Assembly: GCA_018302765.1 (NCBI GenBank)
Contig: JAGVZG010000001.1
Location: forward strand, 4,482-68,481
Source: Candidatus Woesearchaeota archaeon
GTDB taxonomy: Archaea; Nanobdellota; Nanobdellia; SCGC-AAA011-G17; GW2011-AR18
Reading direction: 5' to 3'
DNA length: 64,000 nucleotides
The position numbers and the translations under genes were made by a program. Below, one piece after another: positions 20,204-29,242 of this stretch. The notes below the pieces were generated by a model that saw only the letters and a program-made list of their open reading frames with translations, made no database searches and was not told where the DNA came from. Numbering within the stretch: the stretch's first letter is position 1; each line of letters begins with the position of its first letter.

Positions 20204-20851
20204 ATGAAAAAAGAGGTTTTGTTTGTGTTATTTTTATTAAGTTTATTAGCGGTTTTTACTTCTTTCTCGATGAATTCTGTTTTGGCTATTGAAGGTAAGT
20301 GCGTAGGTGGTCCTGGACCACAAGGAAATTTCTTAACAAGAGCGGAGGGTGGATGCTGTTTGAATGATGAGTGTTGTAATTATCCTGCAACACAAGCTTG
20401 GTGCAATAGAACTAAAAAAGATCTTGTGCCTTTTAAAGATATAGAAAGCTATGTAGAAAATGATGAAGACTTGTTTAAAGATAAAGGAAAGGTAATTGGT
20501 AAAACTGAAAGTTTAGAGGGTAAGGTTGAAGTTAAGCAAGAAGACGGAACATGGAAACAGCTTAAAGTAGGAGATGAAGTAAAATTCTTAGACCATATTA
20601 GGGTTGGAAAAATAGGTAACGTTAAGATAAAGTTGATTGATGATACTTCATTCACAATCTCAGAAAATTCTTATTCAGTTATAGATGAATTTTTTTACGA
20701 CCCAAATCAGTCTTTTTTAGAAAGAACTTATAAAAAATATTTCATAGGTACTTTTGAATGGATACATGAAAAATTAAATGAAATAAATAAAGAATTAAAT
20801 AAACGGTTCCAGCAGAGAAATGTTGAATCAGCAGCAGCTGTTCGCGGCTAA
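20204..20851 (+). CDS. secreted Cys-rich hypothetical protein
   Basis: Signal peptide, then a cluster of 7 Cys (CVGG...CCLNDECCNYPATQAWC), then a beta-rich remainder. Confidence 0.5.
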   Translation: MKKEVLFVLFLLSLLAVFTSFSMNSVLAIEGKCVGGPGPQGNFLTRAEGGCCLNDECCNYPATQAWCNRTKKDLVPFKDIESYVENDEDLFKDKGKVIGKTESLEGKVEVKQEDGTWKQLKVGDEVKFLDHIRVGKIGNVKIKLIDDTSFTISENSYSVIDEFFYDPNQSFLERTYKKYFIGTFEWIHEKLNEINKELNKRFQQRNVESAAAVRG

Positions 20852-21162
20852 TAAAAATTATATTGTTAATTTTTAATTATTTAAAGAAACACACTACAAA
20901 TATACTAAAATATATTCAGGTGCTCCAGAAATGAAAAAACTAGAAAATATTCTTACTTGCCATAAAAATCAACCATGATGAATTTAATTACTAATAAGGC
21001 TTTGGTGCATTCCTAATTCTTTATTTATTTTTGTGTGGAAAATGGTAAGTCTTAGATAAGCAAAGTTAACAAAAGATTATCTGAGAAAAGAGGGTTGCAC
21101 CAGAGCTTCTAATAAAAAGTTTTATATATAAGTTATTATATAGTAGTTATAGGTACTATATA

Positions 21163-21390
21163 ATGGCAGAAGTTACAACAATACAATTGGATAAATCAAT
21201 ATTAGAGAATTTAAAAAAGTCTAAAGAATACCCAAGGCAAAGCTATAATGAATTAATAGTGCATATGCTAGAAATTTTTAAAAATATAAAATCTAAAAAT
21301 CAATATGATGAATTTTTACATAAAATACAGCAACAGAAAATGAGAGAGCTTTGGGACAATGAGAAAGATGAGGTTTGGAATAATGTTTAA
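21163..21390 (+). CDS. putative antitoxin (small DNA-binding protein) of a MazEF/PemIK-like pair
   Basis: 75 aa. Its stop overlaps the toxin ORF. A TATA-like tataggtactatataa lies upstream. Confidence 0.4.
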   Translation: MAEVTTIQLDKSILENLKKSKEYPRQSYNELIVHMLEIFKNIKSKNQYDEFLHKIQQQKMRELWDNEKDEVWNNV

Positions 21391-21697
21391 GTCAGGTGAC
21401 TTAGTAATAGCAAGAGTTCAATATACAGATACTTATGAAGTAAAAACAAGGCCTGCTATAGTTTTGTTTGAGGAATATGACAATGTCGTTATTGCAGGAG
21501 TGACAAGCAATTTGAATATGAAAGGAATACCTTTAACTAAAAAGGAAGGAGCAGTGGAAGATAGTATAATAAAATTAAATTATATATTTACAGTATCTAA
21601 TGCTATGATATCAAAAAAACTATTTCATTTGAGTTTAGAAAAGAAGAGATTAATTTATGAAGAGTTAAATAAAAAATTAGGTGGTTTGAAAAATTAA
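21383..21697 (+). CDS. PemK/MazF-like endoribonuclease toxin
   Basis: The pattern MFKSGDLVIARV...KTRPAIVL...VIAGVTSN matches the PemK/MazF core (GDi..v.f....g.E...RPavVl....v..apiTS). Confidence 0.55.
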   Translation: MFKSGDLVIARVQYTDTYEVKTRPAIVLFEEYDNVVIAGVTSNLNMKGIPLTKKEGAVEDSIIKLNYIFTVSNAMISKKLFHLSLEKKRLIYEELNKKLGGLKN

Positions 21698-21774
21698 TAT
21701 AATATTTCTTGCTACTAACTGGCAATCGCAATGAGCTTAAATAAAATTTAGTACATTTTTATTTAGAAATAATG

Positions 21775-22131
21775 TCAAACTTTTTCTTCTAGATTTCCTT
21801 TTGATTTTAATTTTCTTTCTTCAGTCCAGACTTGTTTTATTCTATCCTGAGAATATCCTAGCATTCTTGCTGCTCTGCTTAAATTTCCATCATACATATT
21901 GTAAGCCCTAATAATTGTTCTTCTTGTTATTTCATCTATAGGTCTTCCGTTAAATCTTTTTCCTCCTGGTTTATTTATTTTATAGATAGCTTTTACCCAG
22001 TAGTTTCTTATTGTTGAGACGCTTACAAAAATATTATCTTCTGTTAATAATTCTCTTGCTTTTGTTATACTTCCTTCTGCTCTGCTATATATTTCTAGAA
22101 CTCTTGTTTTTTCATAGTCTGAAATTGTCAC
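21775..22131 (-). mobile_element. IS630/Tc1-mariner-type transposase N-terminal paired-like HTH fragment (DDE catalytic domain absent)
   Basis: Two HTH segments (GSITKARELL..., GNLSRAARMLGYSQDRI) separated by KPGGKRFNGRPID. The GRP linker is typical of IS630 OrfA. Only 118 aa, so the DDE catalytic domain is missing. Confidence 0.4.
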
Positions 22132-22399
22132 TAATTTTATCTTTGTTTTAAATTATTAAGTCTTTTTGTAAGATAAAATATACTTTAATTACGTTGAATT
22201 AGAGAATAGAATTTTTTTGCAATATTATTTTTCTTTGTATTTTTAGAGTCATGAAAAATTTTATATACAAGTAAAAATCGCAACTTTTATATATAGGACA
22301 GGTTTGTCAGAAACATGATGCTTTCTAAGACCCAGCCAGAAATATCTACATTGGCTTAAAAACGTCTTAGATAGTGGTATATTAACTAATAGAAAAAGA

Positions 22400-22570
22400 G
22401 GGCCGGTAGCTCAGCTTGGTAGAGCACCTGAAACAAGCTTTAATGAGAAGCTTGAACAAAAACGAAAGTTTGAATTGGTGAACCTTTTAAATCAGGCTGA
22501 TGAAAGCAGGTGGTCGTGGGTTCAAAACAGATTAAGCTGGTGTTTATCTGTGTATTTCCCATCCGGCCCG
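22400..22570 (+). tRNA. tRNA, probably Lys(UUU)-like, with three insertions (anticodon region ~51 nt, ~14 nt at 43/44, ~30 nt at T-loop 59/60)
   Basis: GGGCCGG/CCGGCCC acceptor. D-arm UAGCUCAGCUUGGUAGAGC. Anticodon stem CCUGA/UCAGG with CUUUUAA immediately 5' of the 3' stem, the same stem and loop as archaeal tRNA-Lys. Variable loop UGGUC. T-arm GUGGG-UUCAAA[intron]U-CCCAU. The T-arm intron has an acagat/atctgt inverted repeat. Exact splice junctions are unresolved (one extra A). Confidence 0.5.
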
Positions 22571-22612
22571 CATAGTCAAGATTTATCATAGAATTGAGGA
22601 CATAAAGAAAAA

Positions 22613-22855
22613 ATGACAGAAGCAAGCCAAGAAATTAGACATTTTTTAGTTCCAGAACATATAAGGCTTACAGATGAGGAAAAAAAAGAAGTTCTTGAAA
22701 AATATAATATTTCTATTAAGCAATTGCCAATGATTAATATTAGTGATACTGCTTTAAAAAATATGAGCGTTAAAGTAAATGATTTAGTTATGATAAAAAG
22801 AAGCAGTCCAACTGCTAAGGAAACAAATTATTACAGGGTGGTTGTTGATGGTTAA
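22613..22855 (+). CDS. rpoH: DNA-directed RNA polymerase subunit H (Rpb5-like)
   Basis: 80 aa containing HFLVPEH...L and a YRVV C-terminus. Lies directly upstream of rpoB. Confidence 0.9.
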   Translation: MTEASQEIRHFLVPEHIRLTDEEKKEVLEKYNISIKQLPMINISDTALKNMSVKVNDLVMIKRSSPTAKETNYYRVVVDG

Positions 22856-24338
22856 CGGTTATCAAACTTTAATGCAGGCTTACTTTAAGGATTATCCTTT
22901 TGTAGAGTCTAATATACAAAGCTTTAATGATTTTGTAGAGAAAAGTCTGCAATTATTAGTTGATGAAGTTGGAGATATAGTTCCTACAATTGTTCCTCAG
23001 GAAGTTGAAAGTTTTGTAATCAAGCTTAAGAAAATCTGGATAGACAAGCCAAGCATTATAGAAGCAGATGGCAGCAAAAGGGATGTTTATCCCTGCGAAG
23101 CCAGATTAAGGGCTTTGACTTATTCTTCTCCTATATACTTGGAAGTTAGCGCTTATATTGATGACGTGCAAAGAGAAAGTTTTGTTACTATGATAGGAAA
23201 GCTTCCAATTATGCTGAAGTCAAAGTATTGTCATTTGCATGGCTTAAAAAGAGAAGAGCTTATTTTTAGAGGAGAAGATCCGGATGAAGCAGGAGGCTAT
23301 TTTATAATTAATGGAAATGAAAGAGTATTAATTACTGTAGAAGATCTAGCTTCTAATAAATTCTTTATAGAGAAGAAAGATATTGGGCCTAGTGAATATG
23401 TTGCCAAGGTTTTTTCTGAAATGGGAAGCTATAGAATACCTCATACAATAGAACAAATGAAAGATGGAATATTTTACTTGACATTTACAAGATTTAGGAG
23501 AGTACCTTTGGTTCCTGTACTGAAAGCATTGGGCTTGATTAAAGATCAAGAAATAGTAAAGATGATATGCGGAGACAAAGCTTATGATTCTGTATTTATA
23601 AATTTATATGACGCTGCAGAGCTTAAGAGCGAAGGAGATGCATTAGAATATTTGGCTAAGAGAATTGGAGTTACTCAGCCTAGAGAAGTTAAATTAGAGA
23701 AAGGTGGTGAGCAGCTTGATAAATATCTATTGCCGCATTTAGGAACTGATTCTAAGTACAGACTGAATAAAGCTTACAACTTGTGTAAAATGGTAAGGAG
23801 ATTTTTACAAGTTAGCGAAGAAGGCTTGCCTTTGCCAGACAAAGATCATTATACAAATAAAAGATTAAAATTATCTGGAGATTTATTGGAAGATTTAATA
23901 AGAACAAATTTAAGAAGCTTAGTGCAGGACGTTCTTTATAATTTTCAAAGATTAGTCAAGAGAGGTAAATTCCAGAGCATTAAGATAATTATTAGAGATG
24001 AATTACTTAGTTCTAATATTAAGAGCGCACTGGCAACTGGAGGCTGGACTGGAGGAAGAAAAGGTATTAGCCAGAATATGGACAGGACAAATCATCTAGC
24101 TACTTATTCTCATTTGCAGAGAGTTGTATCTTTGCTTACAAGCACACAAGAGAACTTTGAAGCCAGGGCTTTGCATCCAACTCATTTTGGAAGGCTATGT
24201 CCAATAGAAACTCCTGAAGGAACTTCAATTGGTTTGAGAAAGAACATGGCTTTATTATGTAATGTTTCAAGAGGAGATATTCAAGAGGATAAAGTGAAGA
24301 AAGCATTGGAAAATTTAGGGCTGAAGGTGATGGGTTAA
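22842..24338 (+). CDS. rpoB2: DNA-directed RNA polymerase subunit B'' (N-terminal half of split RpoB)
   Basis: Rpb2 N-terminal protrusion/lobe/fork similarity. Gene order is the conserved archaeal one. Confidence 0.95.
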   Translation: MLMVNGYQTLMQAYFKDYPFVESNIQSFNDFVEKSLQLLVDEVGDIVPTIVPQEVESFVIKLKKIWIDKPSIIEADGSKRDVYPCEARLRALTYSSPIYLEVSAYIDDVQRESFVTMIGKLPIMLKSKYCHLHGLKREELIFRGEDPDEAGGYFIINGNERVLITVEDLASNKFFIEKKDIGPSEYVAKVFSEMGSYRIPHTIEQMKDGIFYLTFTRFRRVPLVPVLKALGLIKDQEIVKMICGDKAYDSVFINLYDAAELKSEGDALEYLAKRIGVTQPREVKLEKGGEQLDKYLLPHLGTDSKYRLNKAYNLCKMVRRFLQVSEEGLPLPDKDHYTNKRLKLSGDLLEDLIRTNLRSLVQDVLYNFQRLVKRGKFQSIKIIIRDELLSSNIKSALATGGWTGGRKGISQNMDRTNHLATYSHLQRVVSLLTSTQENFEARALHPTHFGRLCPIETPEGTSIGLRKNMALLCNVSRGDIQEDKVKKALENLGLKVMG

Positions 24339-24394
24339 ATGAAAGGATCTGAAACGACATTGGGAGGAGAGTTACCTGATTATAGGGGTAGGTC

Positions 24395-26203
24395 TTGAAA
24401 ATGGTAGATGTATTTATGAATGAGAGATTTATTGGAACTGTAGAAAATGCAAAGGAATTTATTAAGCAGATAAGATCTGAGAGAAGAAAGGGAGTTTTGC
24501 CTTTAGAGTTGAATTTTTATCATGATCAAGATTATGACGAAGTTTATTTAGATACGACAACTGGAAGAGCAAGAAGGCCATTGATAGTTGTTGAAAATGG
24601 AAAATCAAAATTAACTGAGAAGCATATTGAGGATGTGAAAAGTGGTGCAGTTACTTGGGATAAGCTTGTAAAAGAAGGAATTATAGAATACGTTGATGCT
24701 GCAGAGGAAGAAAATTGTTACGTTGCCTTGAGTGAGGAAGACTTAACTAAAGAACATACGCATTTAGAGATTTCTCCTGTTGTAATCCTTGGTTTGTGTA
24801 CTTCGTTGATTCCTTATTCTAATTTTGGCGGTAGTTCAAGATTAATAAGAGGAAGTAAGATTCAAAAGCAGGCATTAGGTTTGTATGCAAGCAATTTTTT
24901 ATTAAGAATGGATACCGATGTCAATGTTTTACATTATCCTCAGAAACCTATAACAAAAACATTTATGCATGACATTTGGGGGTGGGAGAAACATCCTTCT
25001 GGACAGAATATTGTTATTGCATTGATGAGTTTTGAGGGGTACAATATGGAAGACTCAATTATTATAAGCAAAGCTAGCGTTGACAGGGGATTTGCAAGGT
25101 CAACTTATTTTAAGCCTTTTTCTGCAGAAGAACTTAGATATCAAGGCGGATTAGTTGACGAGATTTGTATACCTGATAAGGAAGTTAAAGGATATAAGTC
25201 AGAAAAGGACTACAGGCTTTTGGAAGAAGATGGCATTGTGTTTACAGGAGCAAAAGTAAAAGATGAAGATGTTATAATTGGCAAAGTTAGTCCGCCAAGA
25301 TTTTTAGGAGAATTTGAGGAATTTAATATTGCTACAAATGTTAAAAGAGAAAGTTCAGTTGCCCTGACACATGGAGAGAATGGCATAGTTGATATGACTT
25401 TGATTACTGAAAATGAGGACGGAAACAGGTTAGTGCAGATGAGATTGAGGCAGCAGAGGATTCCTGAAGTTGGTGATAAGTTTGCGAGTAGACATGGACA
25501 GAAGGGAGTAATAAGTTATCTTGTTCCTATTGAAGACATGCCTTTTACAGCAAGCGGAATAGTGCCTGATATTATATTTAGTCCTCATGGTATTCCATCA
25601 AGAATGACAGTTTCACATTTAATAGAAATAGTTGCAGGGAAAGTTGGTGCTTTATCAGGACAGTATATAGATGGAACTACTTTTAATGCAATGCCAGAAA
25701 AGGAATTAAGAAAAATGCTTAGAGAATTAGGATTTAGAGAGAGTGGCGTAGAAGCAATGTATAATGGCATTGATGGTAGAGAGTTTAAGGCCAGGATTTA
25801 TGTTGGAAATATGTACTACTTGAAGCTTAAGCACATGGTTGCGAATAAACTGCATGCAAGAGCAACCGGTAAAATACAATTGTTGACAAGACAGCCAATT
25901 GAGGGAAGGTCTCAAGGTGGTGGTTTGAGATTGGGAGAAATGGAAAAGGATTGCTTTGTTGCACATGGGGCTTCACTATTATTAAAAGAAAGATTTGATT
26001 CAGACAAGACTTTGGTTTTTGTCTGCGAAGAGTGTGGAATGCTTGGAGTTTATGATAGTTTCAAGAACAAGGAATATTGCACTAAGTGCGGAGCAAATGT
26101 TGGAGTAAGCGTTGTAGAAATGAGTTATGCATTCAAACTGTTATTGGATGAGTTGAAATCACTTTGTGTTTATCCTAAATTGGTTTTAGGAAGGAAGTAT
26201 TAA
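24395..26203 (+). CDS. rpoB1: DNA-directed RNA polymerase subunit B' (C-terminal half of split RpoB)
   Basis: Rpb2 domains 6/7 (GDKFASRHGQKGV) and a C-terminal Zn ribbon CEECG...CTKCG. Confidence 0.95.
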   Translation: MKMVDVFMNERFIGTVENAKEFIKQIRSERRKGVLPLELNFYHDQDYDEVYLDTTTGRARRPLIVVENGKSKLTEKHIEDVKSGAVTWDKLVKEGIIEYVDAAEEENCYVALSEEDLTKEHTHLEISPVVILGLCTSLIPYSNFGGSSRLIRGSKIQKQALGLYASNFLLRMDTDVNVLHYPQKPITKTFMHDIWGWEKHPSGQNIVIALMSFEGYNMEDSIIISKASVDRGFARSTYFKPFSAEELRYQGGLVDEICIPDKEVKGYKSEKDYRLLEEDGIVFTGAKVKDEDVIIGKVSPPRFLGEFEEFNIATNVKRESSVALTHGENGIVDMTLITENEDGNRLVQMRLRQQRIPEVGDKFASRHGQKGVISYLVPIEDMPFTASGIVPDIIFSPHGIPSRMTVSHLIEIVAGKVGALSGQYIDGTTFNAMPEKELRKMLRELGFRESGVEAMYNGIDGREFKARIYVGNMYYLKLKHMVANKLHARATGKIQLLTRQPIEGRSQGGGLRLGEMEKDCFVAHGASLLLKERFDSDKTLVFVCEECGMLGVYDSFKNKEYCTKCGANVGVSVVEMSYAFKLLLDELKSLCVYPKLVLGRKY

Positions 26204-26204
26204 T

Positions 26205-26648
26205 ATGGATGAATATTCATTAGAAAGAATGGATGGCGGAGGCAAATTGAGTTTACCTAACGGCGGATTTTATAACTTAAGAGTAGCAGAACATAATAGT
26301 TTTTTATTACTGCTAGACATTTCTCATTATCAAGGATCTGTTTTTGGTTTGAATATTTACCCTCATCATGACGGTATTGTTTGTGGCACTAATAAACCAG
26401 ATGGACTTGAAATTTGTGGATCTTATTTAGTTAATAAAATCATTGTAGGAGCTGATAGATTGGGAGGTCTAGATAATGCAGAACTTGATAGATTTCATAG
26501 TTATATTATAAGAAAGAATAGAGACATGTCTTTTGATTTAGGAAGATTAGTTGAACTAAGAGACACTGAGAAATGGTTAATGAGAAGAGACGACTTTCCA
26601 AGTTTTAAAACTTTTTTAAGCGGAGTTATTAGGAGGGCAAAGAGCTGA
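26205..26648 (+). CDS. hypothetical protein inserted between rpoB' and rpoA'
   Basis: 147-aa ORF packed between the rpoB' stop (26203) and the rpoA' start (26650). No motifs recognised. Confidence 0.45.
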   Translation: MDEYSLERMDGGGKLSLPNGGFYNLRVAEHNSFLLLLDISHYQGSVFGLNIYPHHDGIVCGTNKPDGLEICGSYLVNKIIVGADRLGGLDNAELDRFHSYIIRKNRDMSFDLGRLVELRDTEKWLMRRDDFPSFKTFLSGVIRRAKS

Positions 26649-26649
26649 G

Positions 26650-29241
26650 ATGGTAGAGAACTATGTTTACAAGAAAGTAGATTCAGTAGTGTTTGGAATG
26701 ATGAGTCCTGAGTTAGTCAAGAAGATGGCTTGTGCTAAAGTTGTAACTCCTGAACTTTATGATAAAGAAGGTTATCCTGTAGATGGTGGGCTTATGGATA
26801 TTAGATTAGGAGTTATAGATCCTGGTCTGAGATGCAAAACTTGTGGTGGAAATTTAAGAGACTGTATGGGTCATTTTGGGTATTTAGAATTAGCTAGGCC
26901 TATTATTCATTTAAAATATGCTGATGTAATATTAAATTTTTTGAGGTGCAGTTGCAGAGAGTGCGGAAAATTACTTACAGATAAGAAGGTTAAAATTGCT
27001 GTTGAGGAAGATGAAGGAGCAGAGCATCATGCTGAGGAAGAGGCTGGCGAGGATGAAGTAAGCACAAAGAAACAAGTTAAGAGCATAACAAGCAGTTTAA
27101 GAAATGTAAAGAAATGTCCTCATTGCGGCGCAAAACAATTCCAAGTAAAACTTGAGAGACCTACTACGTTTTTAGAGGATGATAAAAGATTAAATCCAAT
27201 TGATATAAGAACAAGACTAGAAAGAATAAGTGATTCTGATATTGCTTTTTTAGGATTAGATCCTTCTTTTGCAAGGCCTGAATGGATGGTTCTAATTATT
27301 TTGCCAGTGCCTCCAGTTACTATAAGACCGAGCATTACTTTAGAGACAGGAGAAAGAAGTGAAGATGACTTAACTCATAAATTAGGTGATATAGTAAGAA
27401 TTAATCAGAGATTATTTGAAAACATTAATGCTGGAGCGCCTGAAATAATTATTGAAGACCTTTGGGATCTTTTGCAGTATCATATTACAACTTATTTTGA
27501 CAATGAAGTTAGCCAAGTTCCTCCTGCTAGGCATAGAAGCGGGCAGGCACTAAGAACTTTGACTGAGAGAATTAAAAGCAAAGAAGGAAGATTTAGGCAC
27601 AACCTTGCTGGAAAAAGGGTTAACTATGCAGCTAGAACTGTTATTAGCCCTGATTCTAAAATGGAACTGAATGAAGTTGGAGTTCCTATAGAAGTTGCTA
27701 TGGAATTAACAGTTCCTGAGAGAGTTGTAGAATGGAACTTAAAGAGACTAAAGAAGTTTGTTGAAAATGGCCCTAAGAAATATGTAGGAAGCAATTATGT
27801 TGTAAGACCTGATGGCAAGAAGAAAAAAATTACTGATGAAACACAAGAGCAATTATTAGAAGAGCTGCAGCCAGGCTATATTGTTGAGAGACATTTAATG
27901 GATGGCGATATTGTAATATTTAATAGGCAACCTACACTGCACAGAATGAGTATTATGGCACACAGAGTTAGAGTTCTGCCTGGCAAGAGTTTTAGATTAA
28001 ATCCAGCTATATGCAATCCGTACAATGCAGACTTTGATGGCGATGAGATGAACTTACACGTCCCACAGACTGAGGAAGCAAGAGCTGAAGCTGAAATTCT
28101 TATGGAAGTACAGACACAAATTATAACACCAAAAAGCGGCTTGAATGTTATAGGATGCAGTGATGATGCTATTACAGGAAATTATTTGTTAACTAAAAAC
28201 ATTAAGATGAGTAAAGAAGATGCAGTTCAGATGCTTCATAGTGTTGGCGTATTAAATATTGAAAGATTTGATAAATTTAAAAAAACAGTTGATGGCAAAG
28301 AAATATTTAGTGCCATACTTCCTGATGGTTTTGATTTCAGTGGATATTCTAAGTCTAAGGAACCTATTGTTATAAAAAATGGTTATTTAATAGAAGGAGT
28401 AATAGATAAATCAACTATAGGACAGGATAAAGGCGATTTAATAAGAGCGCTGTATGCAAAGTATGGATCTAGTGTTGGTTTAGATTTATTAGGAAAAATA
28501 TTTAGATTAGGAATTGCTGTTTTGCTTAAACATGGTTTTACTACTTCTATAGCAGATACAGATCTGCCACAGGAAGTTTCTGATAAATGCAAGGAAACAA
28601 TTTATAATTCGGAAAGAAGAGTAGCACAACTCATTGAGCAATATAGCAGCGGTGAATTAGAGGCTTTGCCTGGCCTGACATTAGAAGCTACTCTAGAAGC
28701 AAAAATTATGGAAGTTTTAAACAGATGCAGACAGCGTGTTGGTGAGATAATTGCTGAGAGTAATTTAGAAGAGAACTCTACATTGGTGATGGCTTTATCA
28801 GGGGCTAAAGGCAGCTACCTGAACTTATCTATGATTGCTGCTTGCGTGGGCCAGCAGGCTTTGAGAGGTAAGAGAATTGAACTTGGTTATAGGGGAAGAA
28901 CTTTAAGTATATTTACAAAAGGAGAACTGAGTCCTAGAGCTAAGGGATTTATTAAGAGAGGATATAAAGAGGGGCTAACTCCTGAAGAGTATTTCATGCA
29001 TGCAATGACTGGAAGAGACAGCTTAATGGATACTGCTTTAAGAACACCAAAATCAGGTTATTTGTATAGAAGATTAGCAAGTGCTTTACAAGATATAAGA
29101 GTTGAGTATGATAATACTGTGAGAGATGCAAACCAGAATATTGTGCAGTTTATTTATGGAGAAGATGGCCTGGATGTTTCGAAGACAGAGGGTGGAAAAA
29201 TAAATGTTGCTAGGATTATTAGAGAGGTACTGGGAGAATAA
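26650..29241 (+). CDS. rpoA1: DNA-directed RNA polymerase subunit A'
   Basis: Zn finger CKTCGG...C, the NADFDGDEM catalytic loop and Rpb1 clamp/dock regions. Confidence 0.95.
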   Translation: MVENYVYKKVDSVVFGMMSPELVKKMACAKVVTPELYDKEGYPVDGGLMDIRLGVIDPGLRCKTCGGNLRDCMGHFGYLELARPIIHLKYADVILNFLRCSCRECGKLLTDKKVKIAVEEDEGAEHHAEEEAGEDEVSTKKQVKSITSSLRNVKKCPHCGAKQFQVKLERPTTFLEDDKRLNPIDIRTRLERISDSDIAFLGLDPSFARPEWMVLIILPVPPVTIRPSITLETGERSEDDLTHKLGDIVRINQRLFENINAGAPEIIIEDLWDLLQYHITTYFDNEVSQVPPARHRSGQALRTLTERIKSKEGRFRHNLAGKRVNYAARTVISPDSKMELNEVGVPIEVAMELTVPERVVEWNLKRLKKFVENGPKKYVGSNYVVRPDGKKKKITDETQEQLLEELQPGYIVERHLMDGDIVIFNRQPTLHRMSIMAHRVRVLPGKSFRLNPAICNPYNADFDGDEMNLHVPQTEEARAEAEILMEVQTQIITPKSGLNVIGCSDDAITGNYLLTKNIKMSKEDAVQMLHSVGVLNIERFDKFKKTVDGKEIFSAILPDGFDFSGYSKSKEPIVIKNGYLIEGVIDKSTIGQDKGDLIRALYAKYGSSVGLDLLGKIFRLGIAVLLKHGFTTSIADTDLPQEVSDKCKETIYNSERRVAQLIEQYSSGELEALPGLTLEATLEAKIMEVLNRCRQRVGEIIAESNLEENSTLVMALSGAKGSYLNLSMIAACVGQQALRGKRIELGYRGRTLSIFTKGELSPRAKGFIKRGYKEGLTPEEYFMHAMTGRDSLMDTALRTPKSGYLYRRLASALQDIRVEYDNTVRDANQNIVQFIYGEDGLDVSKTEGGKINVARIIREVLGE

Positions 29242-29242
29242 A

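Noticed and set aside
22500-22514. CUGAUGA...GAAA resembling a hammerhead ribozyme core or C-box
   Set aside because: Too short, with no helices I/II/III. It falls inside the variable-region insertion of the tRNA and is a coincidental motif.
22400-22570. Reading the tRNA anticodon as UUA (an ochre-suppressor tRNA implying stop-codon reassignment)
   Set aside because: Many well-supported genes here (alaS, thermosome, rpoA') terminate with TAA at the expected C-termini, so TAA is a stop codon. The CUUUUAA loop of tRNA-Lys is present one register away, so mis-assigned splice junctions are the likelier explanation.
22440-22625. 61-aa minus-strand ORF
   Set aside because: Lies entirely antisense to the multi-intron tRNA (22400..22570). 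Spurious.
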